Assembly (NCBI RefSeq): GCF_032191835.1
Contig: NC_083231.1
Coordinates: 103,478,001 to 103,542,000, forward strand
From: Heteronotia binoei
Lineage: Eukaryota
DNA: 64,000 nucleotides
Direction of reading: 5' to 3'
Part shown: in pieces, positions 1-11,385 of the stretch
How the letters are laid out: each line of letters starts with the position of its first letter
Numbering within the stretch: the first letter of the stretch is position 1
The notes under the pieces: generated by a model
Told to the model about the DNA's origin: nothing
What the model saw: the letters and a program-made list of their open reading frames with translations, nothing else
Databases searched by the model: none
Made by a program: the position numbers and the translations under genes

Positions 1-180
1 CCTTGAATTAGTCACACAAGTTCTCTCAAGGCTGTTCTGCTCAAGAGCAGTTCTGGGAGAGCTCTCTCAGCCCCACAGGGCATCTGTTGTGGGGAGGGGA
101 AGGGAAAGGAGATTGTAAGCCACTCTGAGACTCCTTTGGTTAGTGAAGGGCAGGGTATAAATCCAATCTCTTCTCTTCTT
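1..180 (+). mobile_element. Squam2-type tRNA-derived SINE, 5' end cut by window edge
   Basis: Matches body and 3' end of the full copies at 15601, 47476 and 55603 (ctctcagcccc..ggggaaggaaaggagattgtaagccactctgagactcc..gggtataaatccaatctcttctctt). Confidence 0.75.
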
Positions 181-371
181 CAGTTGTAAAAAGTGGGAGA
201 TCTCCAGGCCCCACCTGGAGGCTGGCAACCATACAACAGAAGCTGTGGTGTGGACACATTGTAATTAACATGTTCTGAGGTCCAGGGTTATTTTATTTTA
301 TTTTATTTTATTTTTGGCATTCAGTCAGTGATTGTTTGACTTCGTTTATACCCCACTTTCTCTTTAAAGCA

Positions 372-585
372 GCCTGAATAGCCTAGACCAGCTCAAGCTT
401 ATCCAAGCTTGGAAGTGAAGTAGGGTCATCAGCCACGATTTCTGTCTGGATGGGAGGCCACCAAGGAAGATTATAGTTGCTATGGAGAGGAAGACAATGG
501 CTCAGCACCCCTGCTCATCTCTTGCCCTGAAAACACCGCAAGGGGTCACCATTAGTGACTTGACAGCAGTTAATTATTATTCTTC
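372..585 (+). mobile_element. Degraded 5S rRNA-headed SINE (5S-Sauria-like)
   Basis: Remnant 5S-like head (tggatgggaggccaccaaggaa) followed by the caccccctgctcatctcttgccctgaaaac..ggggtcacc tail shared with 4445 and 6661. Confidence 0.55.
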
Positions 586-725
586 CTCCCAAATGAGGCC
601 CCAAAGTGGCTTTCAGCATTCTCCTGTTCTCTGTTTTATGACCCTCCCAATAACCCTGTGGTACAAGTTAGGCTGAGAGTGTGTATGGCTGGCCCAAGGT
701 CACTCAACAAGCTTGCATGGTCTCC
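575..725 (-). mobile_element. Older Squam2/MIR-like SINE fragment
   Basis: aataaccctgtg..ttaggctgagagtgtgt..ggcccaaggtcactca core similar to the Squam2 body. Confidence 0.5.
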
Positions 726-809
726 CCAATCTTAATCAGGCCTTCTACCCATTCATCATGCTGGTCCTTGATAGTGGCCTGAAAGCTGCTGGAAATACTG
801 TAGGCTAGT

Positions 810-1010
810 GGCATGAGCATCTCCAGGGGTGTGGAATGATATGGTCAGATATTGGAAGCTAAGCAGGTCGGTACTTGGATGGGAGACCACCAACGAAGAC
901 TCTGCAGAGGAAGGCAACGACAAACTACTTCTGCTTCTCACTTGTCTTGAAAGCCCCTTGCTGGGGTCACCATAAGTTAGTTGTGACTTATGCATACATA
1001 CATACAAAGA
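810..1010 (+). mobile_element. 5S rRNA-headed SINE
   Basis: gtcagatattggaagctaagcaggtcggtacttggatgggagaccacc resembles the 5S A/C box region; tail cttgtcttgaaagcccc..ggggtcaccataagt. Confidence 0.7.
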
Positions 1011-3171
1011 TGCACAGTGACAACTCTGTGCATTAGCTGTAAAGTGTGAGAGCCTCACACTATGTGAATTGTCTGAATTGTGGAGAGAACTGCCACATTG
1101 GCATGTTATTGCAGTGGTTGACACTATGGGCATGTTCAGGGGTCGCTTTGTAGAAAAATAGGTGGCAGAGCTCATCCAGGGATTGCTATGCAGCTGCAGC
1201 TACTATTCAATGGACAAGGTAGGGAGGAGGAGGTGGAATGTCAGAAAGGTTCAGGAGCTGCACTCCTGTGAGCTCCTGCTGAATCTGAGGCCTGGGCATG
1301 TTTTATAAGAACAAGCCACATGGTGAAAAGATCCACATATTATGTTTGCTGCACAGATTTGTCATTATGGGGAAGTGTTTCCAGTACAAACAATACTTTT
1401 CTTCAGAATGTATACAGGTGCGTGAATATCCACCAGCGGGGAGGGGAGAAGAAATGTGATAACAGCAGAACTCCCCACCTGGATCTATACACCTTTGGTA
1501 TCCTCTGGAAACATAACCTATGTCATGGGTGGCCAAACTTGCCTAACATAAGAGCCACATAGAATAAATGTCAGATGTTTGGGAGATGCAAGACATGAAC
1601 GAATATTACACACACATCTTTATTAAAACTCTTAATACTTTCTTTGCACAGAAAGTTAAATATGTATGCATGAACTTTACAACACGGTACTGCTAGCATT
1701 CTAACATGGTTATGTTGTAAAGTGGGAATAACAGTCCCTATAAGACCAGCATAGGGAAAGGTTAGGGAATTATTTTTTTGCACCAGTGGGAAAAGGAAAC
1801 ACACATGTACCATATAAATCACTGACCAACGTTTGGTGATATCATTATGCATCTCTTTTTGCCTTGACACCAAGGTTAGTAAACACAGCTCCTACAGGAG
1901 CTATGAAACTAAGAGGGAACCCTGCGTTGCCCTCTTCAATTCTATTCCTCCTTCCAGTGGCTCCCTCAGCTCTTGAGCTCTCTTTCCCTGCTCTAGGTCT
2001 CCAGGTGACCTCTGTGGTGGAGAAGAAGAGCTTGCAAGCCTGCCTATTTCCCTCTCCTTCCCCACTTCACACATGGTGGAAATAGTTGCCTACCTATGGG
2101 TCAGCACTCAGAGGCTGACTGAGGTCTTGATGCTAAGCATGCTTACTTGAGAATAAGCCTGCATTACTTTCCTCCTTGACCTCCAGGAGCTGCACAATAT
2201 GTGATGAGCCGCATGTGGCTCCTGAGCCACAGCTTGGCCACCCCATTGTGTATACAAATGGTACATCTACAGCTCTGGGCATATGCTGGGAATACTTATG
2301 CACACTGCTATTGTTTCCTGTCGATAAATGCGGACAGAGAGTGCTTTCTGAAATGAGAAAAAGTTTCATTTTGTTTTTTAATATGTCTGTTGTTGTACAC
2401 TTTGCTTCCTCCCCCCCTGCTTTGCAAACTCCCTTCAAGGTCGAGTGTGGGGGGGCAGAGAGAGAGAGATGTGGACACTTATTTTGTTTTGTTTGGCATG
2501 CTGTCAGTGACCCCTCCTTCCTGACCAATGAAGGGGGGGTCAGGATGGCTGATTTTAATGGTGCAAAAATGTGAATTTATCATGTATGGTTGACATTGTT
2601 ATCTGCCTTGGCGGCCCCTGTGAGGTCAGAAAGGTGCAATATAAATTTTTGTAAGTTAAAAAAATATATAAACACGCCATTTAAGATTGAATAAATCATT
2701 TACCTTCTTTAAACGACTCCAGACAGGGGCGGGTGGGGGTGAGGGAGGAGATGCAATTCTGCTTGGTGTTTCTGTGTCTACCTGCCGGCACAGGTCAAAA
2801 TCCGCCAAAAGCTTGCTGGATAATAGCTTTGTATTTGTTCTAGTTCCAAGAGACTGCCAGACATGCGCTTCTCCAAATTGCTGAGGCATATAATGATATC
2901 GGGCTTGCAAACTGGAACGGTCTGGACCTAGGAAACAGTCTTTTTATTTTATTTCAGTTGTGCAAAGAATACTTAAATGTCCACCTCCTCCACACCCCTG
3001 TCATCTGAACTTTTACTCCTGATTGCTGGCAATAGTACTAAGATTGGCATTAGGAAGCTGATGAAGATTCAAATGTCATATTCCACCTGTGGTCTGAAAT
3101 GATGCAGACCAGGGACAGTTTTGACATTCTGCTAGGGATTGAGTTTCAGGGGAGCAGATGGTGTGGAAGAG

Positions 3172-3650
3172 ATAGGAACATAAGAGAAGCCATGTTGGAT
3201 CAGGCCAATGGCTCATCCAGTCCAACACTCTGTGTCACACAGTGGCAAAAAAAAACCAGGCACCATCAGGAGGCACACCAGTGGGGCAGGACCCCAGAAG
3301 CCCTCTCTCCCCCTGCCAGCACTAAGAATACAGAGCATCACTTGCCCCAGACAGAGAGTTCCATAGGTACCTTGTGGCTAATAGCCACTGATGGACCTCT
3401 GCTCTATATGCTTATCCAATCCCCTCTTGAAGTCATCTACGCATGTAGCTGCCACCACCCCCTGTGGCAGTGAATTCCATGTGTTAATCACCCTTTGGGT
3501 GAAGAAGTACTTCCTTTTATCCATTCTAACCCGACTGCTCAGCAACTTCATTGAGTGCCCACAAGTTCTTGTGAGAAAGGGAGAAAAGTACTTCTTTTGC
3601 TAACTTCTGTATCCCATGCATGATCTTGTAAACCTCCATCATGTCACCCC
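3172..3650 (-). mobile_element. CR1 LINE 3' end
   Basis: aagaacataagagaagccatgttggatcaggccaatgg.. terminus shared with 24674, 53097, 60338 and 63835; reads into CR1 ORF2 C-terminal sequence. Confidence 0.85.
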
Positions 3651-3815
3651 AACCACACATGTGAAATAATGCAGTTTCAATTCACTTTCAATCCACTTTT
3701 CAATTCTATGCATTAGAGTTGGAAAGTGCATTGAAAGTGGAGTCAACTGGATTTTACTGTGTGAACTGGCAAAAAGTGAATTGAAAGTGCATTATTTAGC
3801 ACGTGATTGCAGCTA
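3648..3815. mobile_element. Palindromic MITE (Harbinger-like)
   Basis: aaataatgcagtttcaattcactttc at the left is mirrored by aaagtgaattgaaagtgcattattt at the right. Confidence 0.6.
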
Positions 3816-3829
3816 GATCAATGTATTTA

Positions 3830-4040
3830 TTTATTCATTTAGATATTTATACCCTGCTCTTCTTCCCAATAGGGACCCAAAGCAGCTTACAATGTGGCAT
3901 TTCCCCCTCCTCCACTTTATCCTTACAATCATCTTGTTGGGTGGGTTAGGCTGAAATAATGATTGGCCCTCCAGTGAGCTTCTAAAGCAGACCAAAGATT
4001 CAGGACTGGTCTCCCAGATCTTATTCTGGCACTCTAACCA
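3830..4040 (-). mobile_element. Older Squam2/MIR-like SINE
   Basis: (tatt)n tail, then ataccctgctcttcttccc..gcagcttac..ttaggctga..ctggtctcccagatc..ctctaaccac (tRNA-like head on the minus strand). Confidence 0.6.
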
Positions 4041-4444
4041 CAATATCACATTGGCTTTCAGAGACAGCAAATCACCATCTCCTCATTCAGGTTTTTGAGT
4101 CTGTAGCAAGCCTTGACCCCAACCTTTACTGAAACCTTGATGGAGCATGTGCTAGATATGCTGTGTATGAATATAGGCAACGTGTGTATTTTGCACTTAT
4201 GTATAGCTTTGGTATGAGCAGACTAATTGCTGTTGTTTTGTGGGTTTTGGTTTGTGGGTACAGAAGCTGAATGCAGATGCAAAATATGCAAAGCTGCCCT
4301 GTTCAGATGGTGAATGCACATATCTGAAGAGTCATGGGTAGAGTCTGCTTCCGATACACACAGTTTGCTGGGCTCCCAACGTGTGTGGATGTAGTCTCTG
4401 AGAAGGGCTTAGATGTGACCCCATCTGGCAAAGTCTGCAAAGAT

Positions 4445-4650
4445 GGCCCAAACTAGGCTGATCTCAACAGACCTCAGAAGCTAAGCAAGGTTTGTCCTGG
4501 TTAGTATTTGCATGGGAGACCACCAAGGAAGTCCAGGGTTGTTACACAGAGGCAGAAAATGGCAAAACCACCTCTGAACCCCTCTTGCCTTGAAAACCCT
4601 ACCAGGTCACCATAAGCCAGGTGTGACTTGATGGCACTTTCCACCATCAT
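4445..4650 (+). mobile_element. 5S rRNA-headed SINE
   Basis: gatctcaacagacctcagaagctaagcaagg..ctggttagtatttgcatgggagacc aligns by eye to vertebrate 5S nt ~30-95; non-5S tail gaggcagaaaatggcaaaaccacctctg. Confidence 0.8.
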
Positions 4651-5079
4651 GTGAGTGCCAAGGGTATGTCTAATTTTAAAGTGGAACTCACTTCATTATT
4701 TCTCCCCCCTATCTATAGGTATTTCAAGTATCTAATTCTGTCCCTGTGGTTCCCTGACAACTTTGATGGAACGATATTAGAGGAGAGGTGACAAACTATG
4801 CCAAAGGAACATAGCTAATTCTTGACAGCTGCCCTGCCCACTGTGTCTTGCTCAGAACATCCTGTTGTTATGCAGGATTGGGGTTTGACCTTGAGAATCT
4901 TCCTATCTCATCTTAAAAGACTCCTCGGAAAACTCAGGATGTTGATTCACCCATGTGTCTGCTTTAAGGGCGAATTCATCATGGCAGTTTTTCAGATGGT
5001 TATCAGTTCAATGACCCGGTCCCAAGGACACTGCCAAGCCCTAATTGCCAACCATATTGAGTAATTAATGGGATCACAC

Positions 5080-5235
5080 ACACCTATGAAGCTGCCTTAT
5101 ATTGAATTAGAACACTGGTCTATCAAGTTCATTGGTACAAGTGGAGGTCTTTTGCCTGAGACCAGATCTTTTTAACTAGAGATGCTGGGGATTGAACCAG
5201 GCACCTTCTGCATGCAAAACCATGACCTTTTGCCT
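5080..5235 (-). mobile_element. Degraded Squam3-type tRNA SINE
   Basis: tatgaagctgccttatattgaa tail and gctggggattgaaccaggcaccttctgcatgc tRNA B-box region. Confidence 0.65.
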
Positions 5236-5298
5236 ATCTGTTGCCCACCAGTAAAAGCAAGCAACAAAGAACATAAGAACAAAAAGAATGCTTTATAT

Positions 5299-5777
5299 CA
5301 GGGGTGGCCAAACTGTGGCTCAGGAGCCACATGTGGCTCTTTCACACATATTATGTGGCTCTTGAAGACCCTATACCCTGTCAGCCGACTAGGAGAAGGA
5401 ATTTCTCTCTTTAAATAATTTCTCCAAGCTAAGCCAGCTGGTAGCTTGGAGAATGCATTTAATGTTGCTTTCTTTCCATCTCTCCCTCTTCTCTCCCCCA
5501 TCTATTTGCCTGCCTGTTTTCCTTCCTTCAAACATCTGATGTTCATGTCCTACTACAGAAAAAGCCCTGTGAGAAAATATCCCCTAGTTGTCTGGATTCA
5601 TTGGGTGGTGTAGAGTGAGCAATGGAAACTCTGATGTTCATGTTTTGCAGCTCTCAAACATCTGATGTTTATTTTATGTGGCTCTTACATTAACTCTGAT
5701 GTTCATGTTTTGCAGCTCTCAAACATCTGATGTTTATTTTATGTGGCTCTTACATTAAGCAAGTTTGGCCACCCCTG
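5299..5777. mobile_element. Non-autonomous hAT element
   Basis: TIRs CAGGGGTGGCCAAAC / GTTTGGCCACCCCTG; perfect 8-bp TSD CTTTATAT at 5291-5298 and 5778-5785; isolated ends of the same family at ~1524-1600 and ~2165-2248. Confidence 0.9.
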
Positions 5778-6660
5778 CTTTATATCATTCCCAATAATTG
5801 TAACACATGAACTAAGAAGATGCCTAAATGAAAACTGAGAGAGGCAGAAGGGATTTCTTGCACTTTGAGAGATTTCCTGCATCCTGAGAGAACTTTCCTG
5901 CTGTGCATGGATAACAGGGCTTTGGGGAGGACCTCAAAAGCTTCCCAGTAAGGGGACAGAGATGAGCATGACTATAGCCCTCATATTGCATGTGAACAAT
6001 GGCAGCATGAAAACAGCACACATGCTTTTATGTGTGTGCTGAAAGAGAAGAATGCACATCTCATGCCAGCAGGGACAGTCCACACTTACTGATGCAGAGA
6101 GAGGTGAGCAGAAAACCTCACCTTGCCGGATCAGAAGAGTATCAAAATGGCTTGGTGCAGCCAAAAATAAACCCCTTCTTTGTCCCACCCTGTTTCTGCT
6201 CTTCAAGGACATTTTCAAGGATCCTCACTTTCACTGAGGTATCAGCAACAGTTTTCTACCACAACACATACTCACTTGTATCCTGTTCACGTCACTTCAA
6301 TAGAGATGGTTGTTCACATGAATTGGGCTTTGAAGGACCTCTCTGGGTTGTTTGTTATTTGTGCCTTTCAGGCAATGCAGCATTATAATGTGAAAGAAAA
6401 GCACGGATCAGGAAACTAAAGTGATTTTTTTTAATGGCAATATGGAGTCTTATAGCCAACATCATGAGATTCCCTAATCTGCTCTCAGATGTGGTTGGTA
6501 TTCAAGAGGACTGGTGACGTTCCTACAGCATACCACTCTTTGAGCTACTAGGGTTTCTTTTTTTCTTAAAGATAAAATAAGGGTATGTTTGAAAAGGCTG
6601 TGACTGAACAAGGCCTCTTAGGCATGTTTTACTAATTTTACATAAGAATAGTTATATATA

Positions 6661-6875
6661 AGCTCTGACCTGGATAGCCCAGGATAGCCCCATCTTGGCA
6701 GATCCCAGAAGTTAAGCAGGGTTGGTTCTGGTTAGTACTTGGATGGGAGATCCCCAAGGAAGTCCAGGGTTCTGATGCAGAGGCAGGCAATGGCAAACCA
6801 TCTCCAAACATCTCTTTCCTTGACAACCCTACAGTCACTGTAAGTCAGCCGTGAGTTGCTCTCACTTACCACCAG
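6661..6875 (+). mobile_element. 5S rRNA-headed SINE
   Basis: gatcccagaagttaagcagggttggttctggttagtacttggatgggaga closely matches the 5S internal promoter region; same tail as 4445. Confidence 0.8.
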
Positions 6876-6889
6876 GGGTACGAGACTCT

Positions 6890-6972
6890 TTTTTGTAAGC
6901 TCCTGGAGGATGGCTACATCAGGAATGTGTGACCTGATATGCAAAGGAGCTCCTGCTAGAATTCCACCTCTG
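6890..6972. mobile_element. Half copy of palindromic hAT MITE (CAGGGGTGGAATTC subfamily)
   Basis: Right half identical in structure to 39928-40097. Confidence 0.7.
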
Positions 6973-7140
6973 CTTACCACCATAATCAGTTATGCACAAG
7001 GGCCTTTGAGATGTCTGTGTTTCATATAAGGCACACAAACATTTGCTTATCATTTGGTACATATAGAAAGTTGAGGACGAGAGTTTCCATTGCTCACTCT
7101 GCACCACCCAATGAATCCAGACAAGTAGGAGATATTCTCA

Positions 7141-7323
7141 CAGGGCTCTTTCTGTAGCAAGAACTGCTTTGCGTATTAGGCCACACACCCCTGATGTAGC
7201 CAATTCTCCTGGAATTTACAGCAGGCCCTGTACTAAGAGCCCTGTAAGCTCTTGGGGGATTAGCTACATCGGGTGTGTGGCCTAATATGCAAAGGAGCTC
7301 CTGCCACGAAAAAAAAAGCCCTG
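7141..7323. mobile_element. Palindromic hAT MITE (CAGGGCTTTTTTTGTAGCAGG family)
   Basis: ~180-bp foldback, arms ggccacacacccctgatgtagccaatc; more than 10 related copies in window. Confidence 0.85.
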
Positions 7324-7659
7324 CTTGCTCACCGCCACCCCACACCCACTTCTTGCACAGGCTGCATTTAGCAACTTCCTCCTTGTCTTTCTCCTCCCAC
7401 GAGTTCTATCCCTGCTAGAATTTTCAAGTTACTTGCTTCACTGTCATTGCAAGTTATAATCCAGAGTGAGATATGATATTCAGGAACTGGTTTAGCAAAA
7501 TTATGACTCTCTGGGCTAAACCCAATGCCTGTTTTTTGTCACTGGGAATTTCATTCTATGGGACCCATTACATATCAGATCAGGTTCTGCATAAATGATG
7601 CAGGATATTCATAATATTAAACAGCCCTCATTTCAATGCCATAGAACCAAATACTGCAA

Positions 7660-7791
7660 TGTGGGGGTACAATGCCATAGAATTCACCCTCCAAAGCAGC
7701 CATTTTCTCAAGGAGAACTGATCTCTGTAGTCTGGAGATGAGCTATAATTCTGGAGGATCCCCTGGTCTCACCTGGAGGCTGGCATCCCTA
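7660..7791 (-). mobile_element. TAGGGTTGCCA-terminus hAT MITE, partial
   Basis: ccatagaattcaccctccaaagcagccattttctc..acctggaggctggcatcccta. Confidence 0.75.
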
Positions 7792-8987
7792 ACTAGTGGT
7801 AAATTGTGATTTCTAAGCAAAGCATTTGGAGAAGTCAGGTAATGAACGAGTAGCATTCAGGGAAGCCAGCAGAATATTCCCCCAATTGCTTGCTGCCCTT
7901 TGTTCCTTTGCAGAAAATCATTTTATACCTGTAAAACAGTATTTTCCTCCCTAGAACCTACTTCCCCCCATTTTTTTGCCTCCCCCCTAGATATTTTTTC
8001 CTAGTGATAGCACTGGTGATTTCAACATAAAAAAGAATGGAGCCACAATCTCTGCCATAAAGTCTTTTATCCTTCACATTTCCTAGTAAAAATTGTAGAA
8101 GACCTGCCAAAAATACAATCAAGCGAACATATCACGTTTTTTTCCCTTCAGTCTGACAAACCTTGGCTGCGCACTGAAAACCTCTGCCCAAGGCCTGCTA
8201 GTTTCCTGCCCATAAATATCACTTCTATTTGCAAATGACAGTATAAATGGACCATTTTAATAGTTTTATTCATCTTTTTTCAATGCCCCATAAACATTTT
8301 CCCCCTACTGTATCAGTTCTTCCTGATTTGGATTCCAGAACGGATATAGCTGTTGGAAGGAATGTTTGCCTAGCCTAGCATATACTGCAACTTCTTAATG
8401 GAGGGTGGGTTTAGGTTCTTGTTCTCATGAGCTATAATACAGTGGGTTCGATGCATTGAAGAGGCAAAGTGGTAGTGAAGATCAGCTCTTTATTAGGCAC
8501 AGCATTAGGTAGGCTGCACTTCAAGACTGCAGAACTGAGCCAACGGGGCCAACTATATACAACTCAGGGTTCCCGCTCAAGCACGTTATTGGGTGATTCA
8601 AACCAGCAGGGGCCCTGGGATTGGTGCAGGGCAGCAGGGATTTGGATCCTGCTGCCCATTGTTCCCACGTCCCCAAGCCCCGTTCTTATGGCTCCAATGA
8701 GCCAGGCAGGAATACCCTATTCAGTCTTCACTTGAGTCCACATACACAACATGAGCAATTATGCTCACAGGGGTAGCGGGGGGACTTGGGCGAATTATCC
8801 TGAGAATGAATCAGTATGAGAAGAAAACACCAGCCTTTCTCCGCCATCCCTCCACAGTAGCCCACTGCAGCCTATGGCTGCCAAGAATATATATATATTA
8901 AATGCAGCCTTGTGTGCTTACTTGAATTTCTTACTGGAGGTGACAAAGGGTAGCTCTAGGAATCACCAAAAACTCTATGCAAAGCTA

Positions 8988-9274
8988 GGTCGTTTTCGCA
9001 CTCACCTTCCGCCGGCACGACCCCCCTCTTCACCGTGCAGGATCTGCGCGGATTTCGCACTAAACGCTGCGGAGCAGCCAGAAAAGCCGGAAGCTCCCGT
9101 CGCAAAAGCCGCGCAAACGCCAAACTGCTTTTTGGCAGTTTCAGTTTGAGCGGCTTTTGCGCCGGGAGCTTCCGGCTTTTCTGGCTGCTCCGCAGCGTTT
9201 AGTGCGAAATCCGCGCAGATCCTGCGCGGTGAAGAGGGGGGTTGCGCCGGCGGAAGGTGAGTGCGAAAACGACC
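8988..9274. mobile_element. Young GC-rich palindromic MITE (PIF/Harbinger-like)
   Basis: TIR GGTCGTTTTCGCACTCACC; ~135-bp arms with few mismatches; 3-bp TSD CTA (8985-8987, 9275-9277). Confidence 0.85.
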
Positions 9275-9452
9275 CTAGAGTTTCTCATAATTCCTAAGGC
9301 TACTAGAACTTACCTTTATCATTTCCAGGGTAGAGGAAATGATTGTTCAACTAGTCTAACTTCACAGCCCAGATATATATGCTTCTGAGTCACCCAATGG
9401 CTCAGAAGATCAATCTGCCATTGTATAGCAATAGAAATTGGTTATGCATGCA

Positions 9453-9988
9453 GACCCGTGGTGCACAGTGGTAAACTGCAATACTGCAAACAAAGCTCTG
9501 CTCACAACCTGAGCTGGATCCTGGAGGAAGCTGGGTTCAGGTAGCCAGCTCAAGGTTGACTCAGACCGATTTCACACCTTACGCTGCTCTCATGTTCATC
9601 TTCTAAGTGTGGTTTTCTTCGGATTTCCCACTATCTGCCCCATAGCTGCAGCAAGGATCAGCGTTTTCACGCAGCAAACAGAAACTGGTTTTTAGCGGTT
9701 TCTGTTTGCTGCATGAAAATGATGATCCTTGCTGAAGCCTCAGGGCAGATAGTGGGAAATTGGAAGAAAGCCGCGCTGAGAAGACGAATGTGAGAACGGC
9801 ATAAGGTGAGTGCAAAATCGGTCTCAGCCTTCCATCCTTCCAAGCTCAATAAAATGAGTACCCAGCTTGCTGGCGGTAAAGTGTAGATGACCGGGGAAGG
9901 GAATAGCAAACCACCCCATAAAAAGTTTGCCAAGAAAACATGATGGGACATCACCCAATGGGTCAGTAACGACTCAGTGCTACCTTTT
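9453..9988 (+). mobile_element. Sauria-type SINE interrupted by a MITE
   Basis: Collinear with intact copy 32555-32856 on both sides of the 9564-9823 insert. Confidence 0.8.
9564..9823. mobile_element. Palindromic MITE (PIF/Harbinger-like)
   Basis: TIRs GACCGATTT / AAATCGGTC; TSD TCA (alternative parse: 5-bp CTCAG); empty site gttgactcagcc seen in the 32555 SINE. Confidence 0.85.
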
Positions 9989-10950
9989 TATACATGCAGA
10001 GGAGATCCGGTTAACTTCTCAACAGCTATTGTTATCACAAATGGTTAACTATTTGGCTCTCTAGGGTAGCTGAAAGGAACTATAAGGGATATGAACCCAA
10101 GAGCCTCCAAGAGAAGCTGGACTATAATTTCAAACAAATGCAGAATTTTGTTCAAACAACATATTTGTGAATGTTCTCCAGTCTGCACAACCTGGCAAGC
10201 CAAGCCATCTGTCTTCTTTGCATCCGACAAATCTTTTTTGCATCAGGTCAACGTGCCATCGCCATGCAAACAGAGGTGCTGTGCTCCTAAATGCTGCCTT
10301 GCCAATCCCCAGAGCCATTAATCCCATTAATTGTATATAAAAAGACTTGTAGCCAATTCTACAAATGAGTAAACACAGAGATAAAATTGTAATTGTACCA
10401 GTCCCACAAATTGGATTCGGATCCTCATTGAACAATCCTGTTTCATTTCAGCAATTTTATTACCACTCTTACTGGAACAAATCACTTTATTCCACAGAAA
10501 GGGGAGTGGAGGGGGGGGGTTAGTCAAAGAATCTCTTCTTGCAGGCAATATCTCAAAGCTCTGTAACACTAACCAGCAATTACGTTTGTCAGGGGTTTTT
10601 CTATAAGCAATTCAGCTAATGGCTTGTGACAGATAAAAAAACTCAAAAATGTTCATTCAAATCCTGTCTTCTGAAATATAGATATAACTCCTGAGGAGAG
10701 CTGAAACTGCCTTTTAATGGAATGAATGTTTCTGGCTGTAATCTGGCTAAAGATTTGCACAAAGCAGATTTGCTCCAGATAGCTTTGAATATCAGTGAAC
10801 TTGTGGGTGTGTATGTGTGTGGGCATGCGTAAATAGGGTTGTCAACCTCCAGGTGGTGGCTGGAAATATCCTGCTGTTACGACTGATCTCCAGGTGGCAG
10901 CGATCAGTTCTCCTGGAGAAAATGGCTGCTTTGGAAGGTGGACTCTAGAG

Positions 10951-11293
10951 CAGGGGTCCTCAAACTTTTTAAATAGGGGGCCAGTTCACTGTCCCTCAGA
11001 CTGTTGGAGGGCCGGACTGCTGTTACTGTACAAGGCCGCGGGCCGTCAGTTCTCTGTCTTCTGCATCTCTCTCCCTTCCCCACACCACACAGCCCGGCCT
11101 GGGAACTCACCTCACCTCGGTATCACCTCACACTCTGTCTCCGCCGCCTCAGCCCAGTGCCGGAAGTGTGTGTTGCTAACGCGAGTTTAGGTTGAGCGTC
11201 ACTTCCGGTCTGATTTTGCCGTAATCCGGCAGGCCGCATAAACGTCCTCAGCGGGCCGCATCTGGCCCGTGGGCCGTAGTTTGAGGACCCCTG
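10951..11293. mobile_element. Charlie-group hAT MITE (OposCharlie1/nhAT-like termini)
   Basis: TIRs CAGGGGTCCTCAAACT / AGTTTGAGGACCCCTG; perfect TSD CTCTAGAG (10943-10950, 11294-11301), matching the Charlie NTCTAGAN preference. Confidence 0.9.
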
Positions 11294-11385
11294 CTCTAGA
11301 GCATTATACCCTGCTGTGGTCACTCCCCTCCCTAAACCCTGCCCTGCTCAGGCTCCACCCCCAAAATCTCCAGATATTTCCCAGC

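Noticed and set aside
1524-2248. One long hAT element spanning both family ends
   Set aside because: No matching TSD, and the interior does not resemble the 5299-5777 copy; more likely two separate fragments
4445-4540. 5S rRNA genes
   Set aside because: Only part of 5S is matched, with many substitutions, and it continues into a SINE tail without a T-run terminator; the same holds for the other copies
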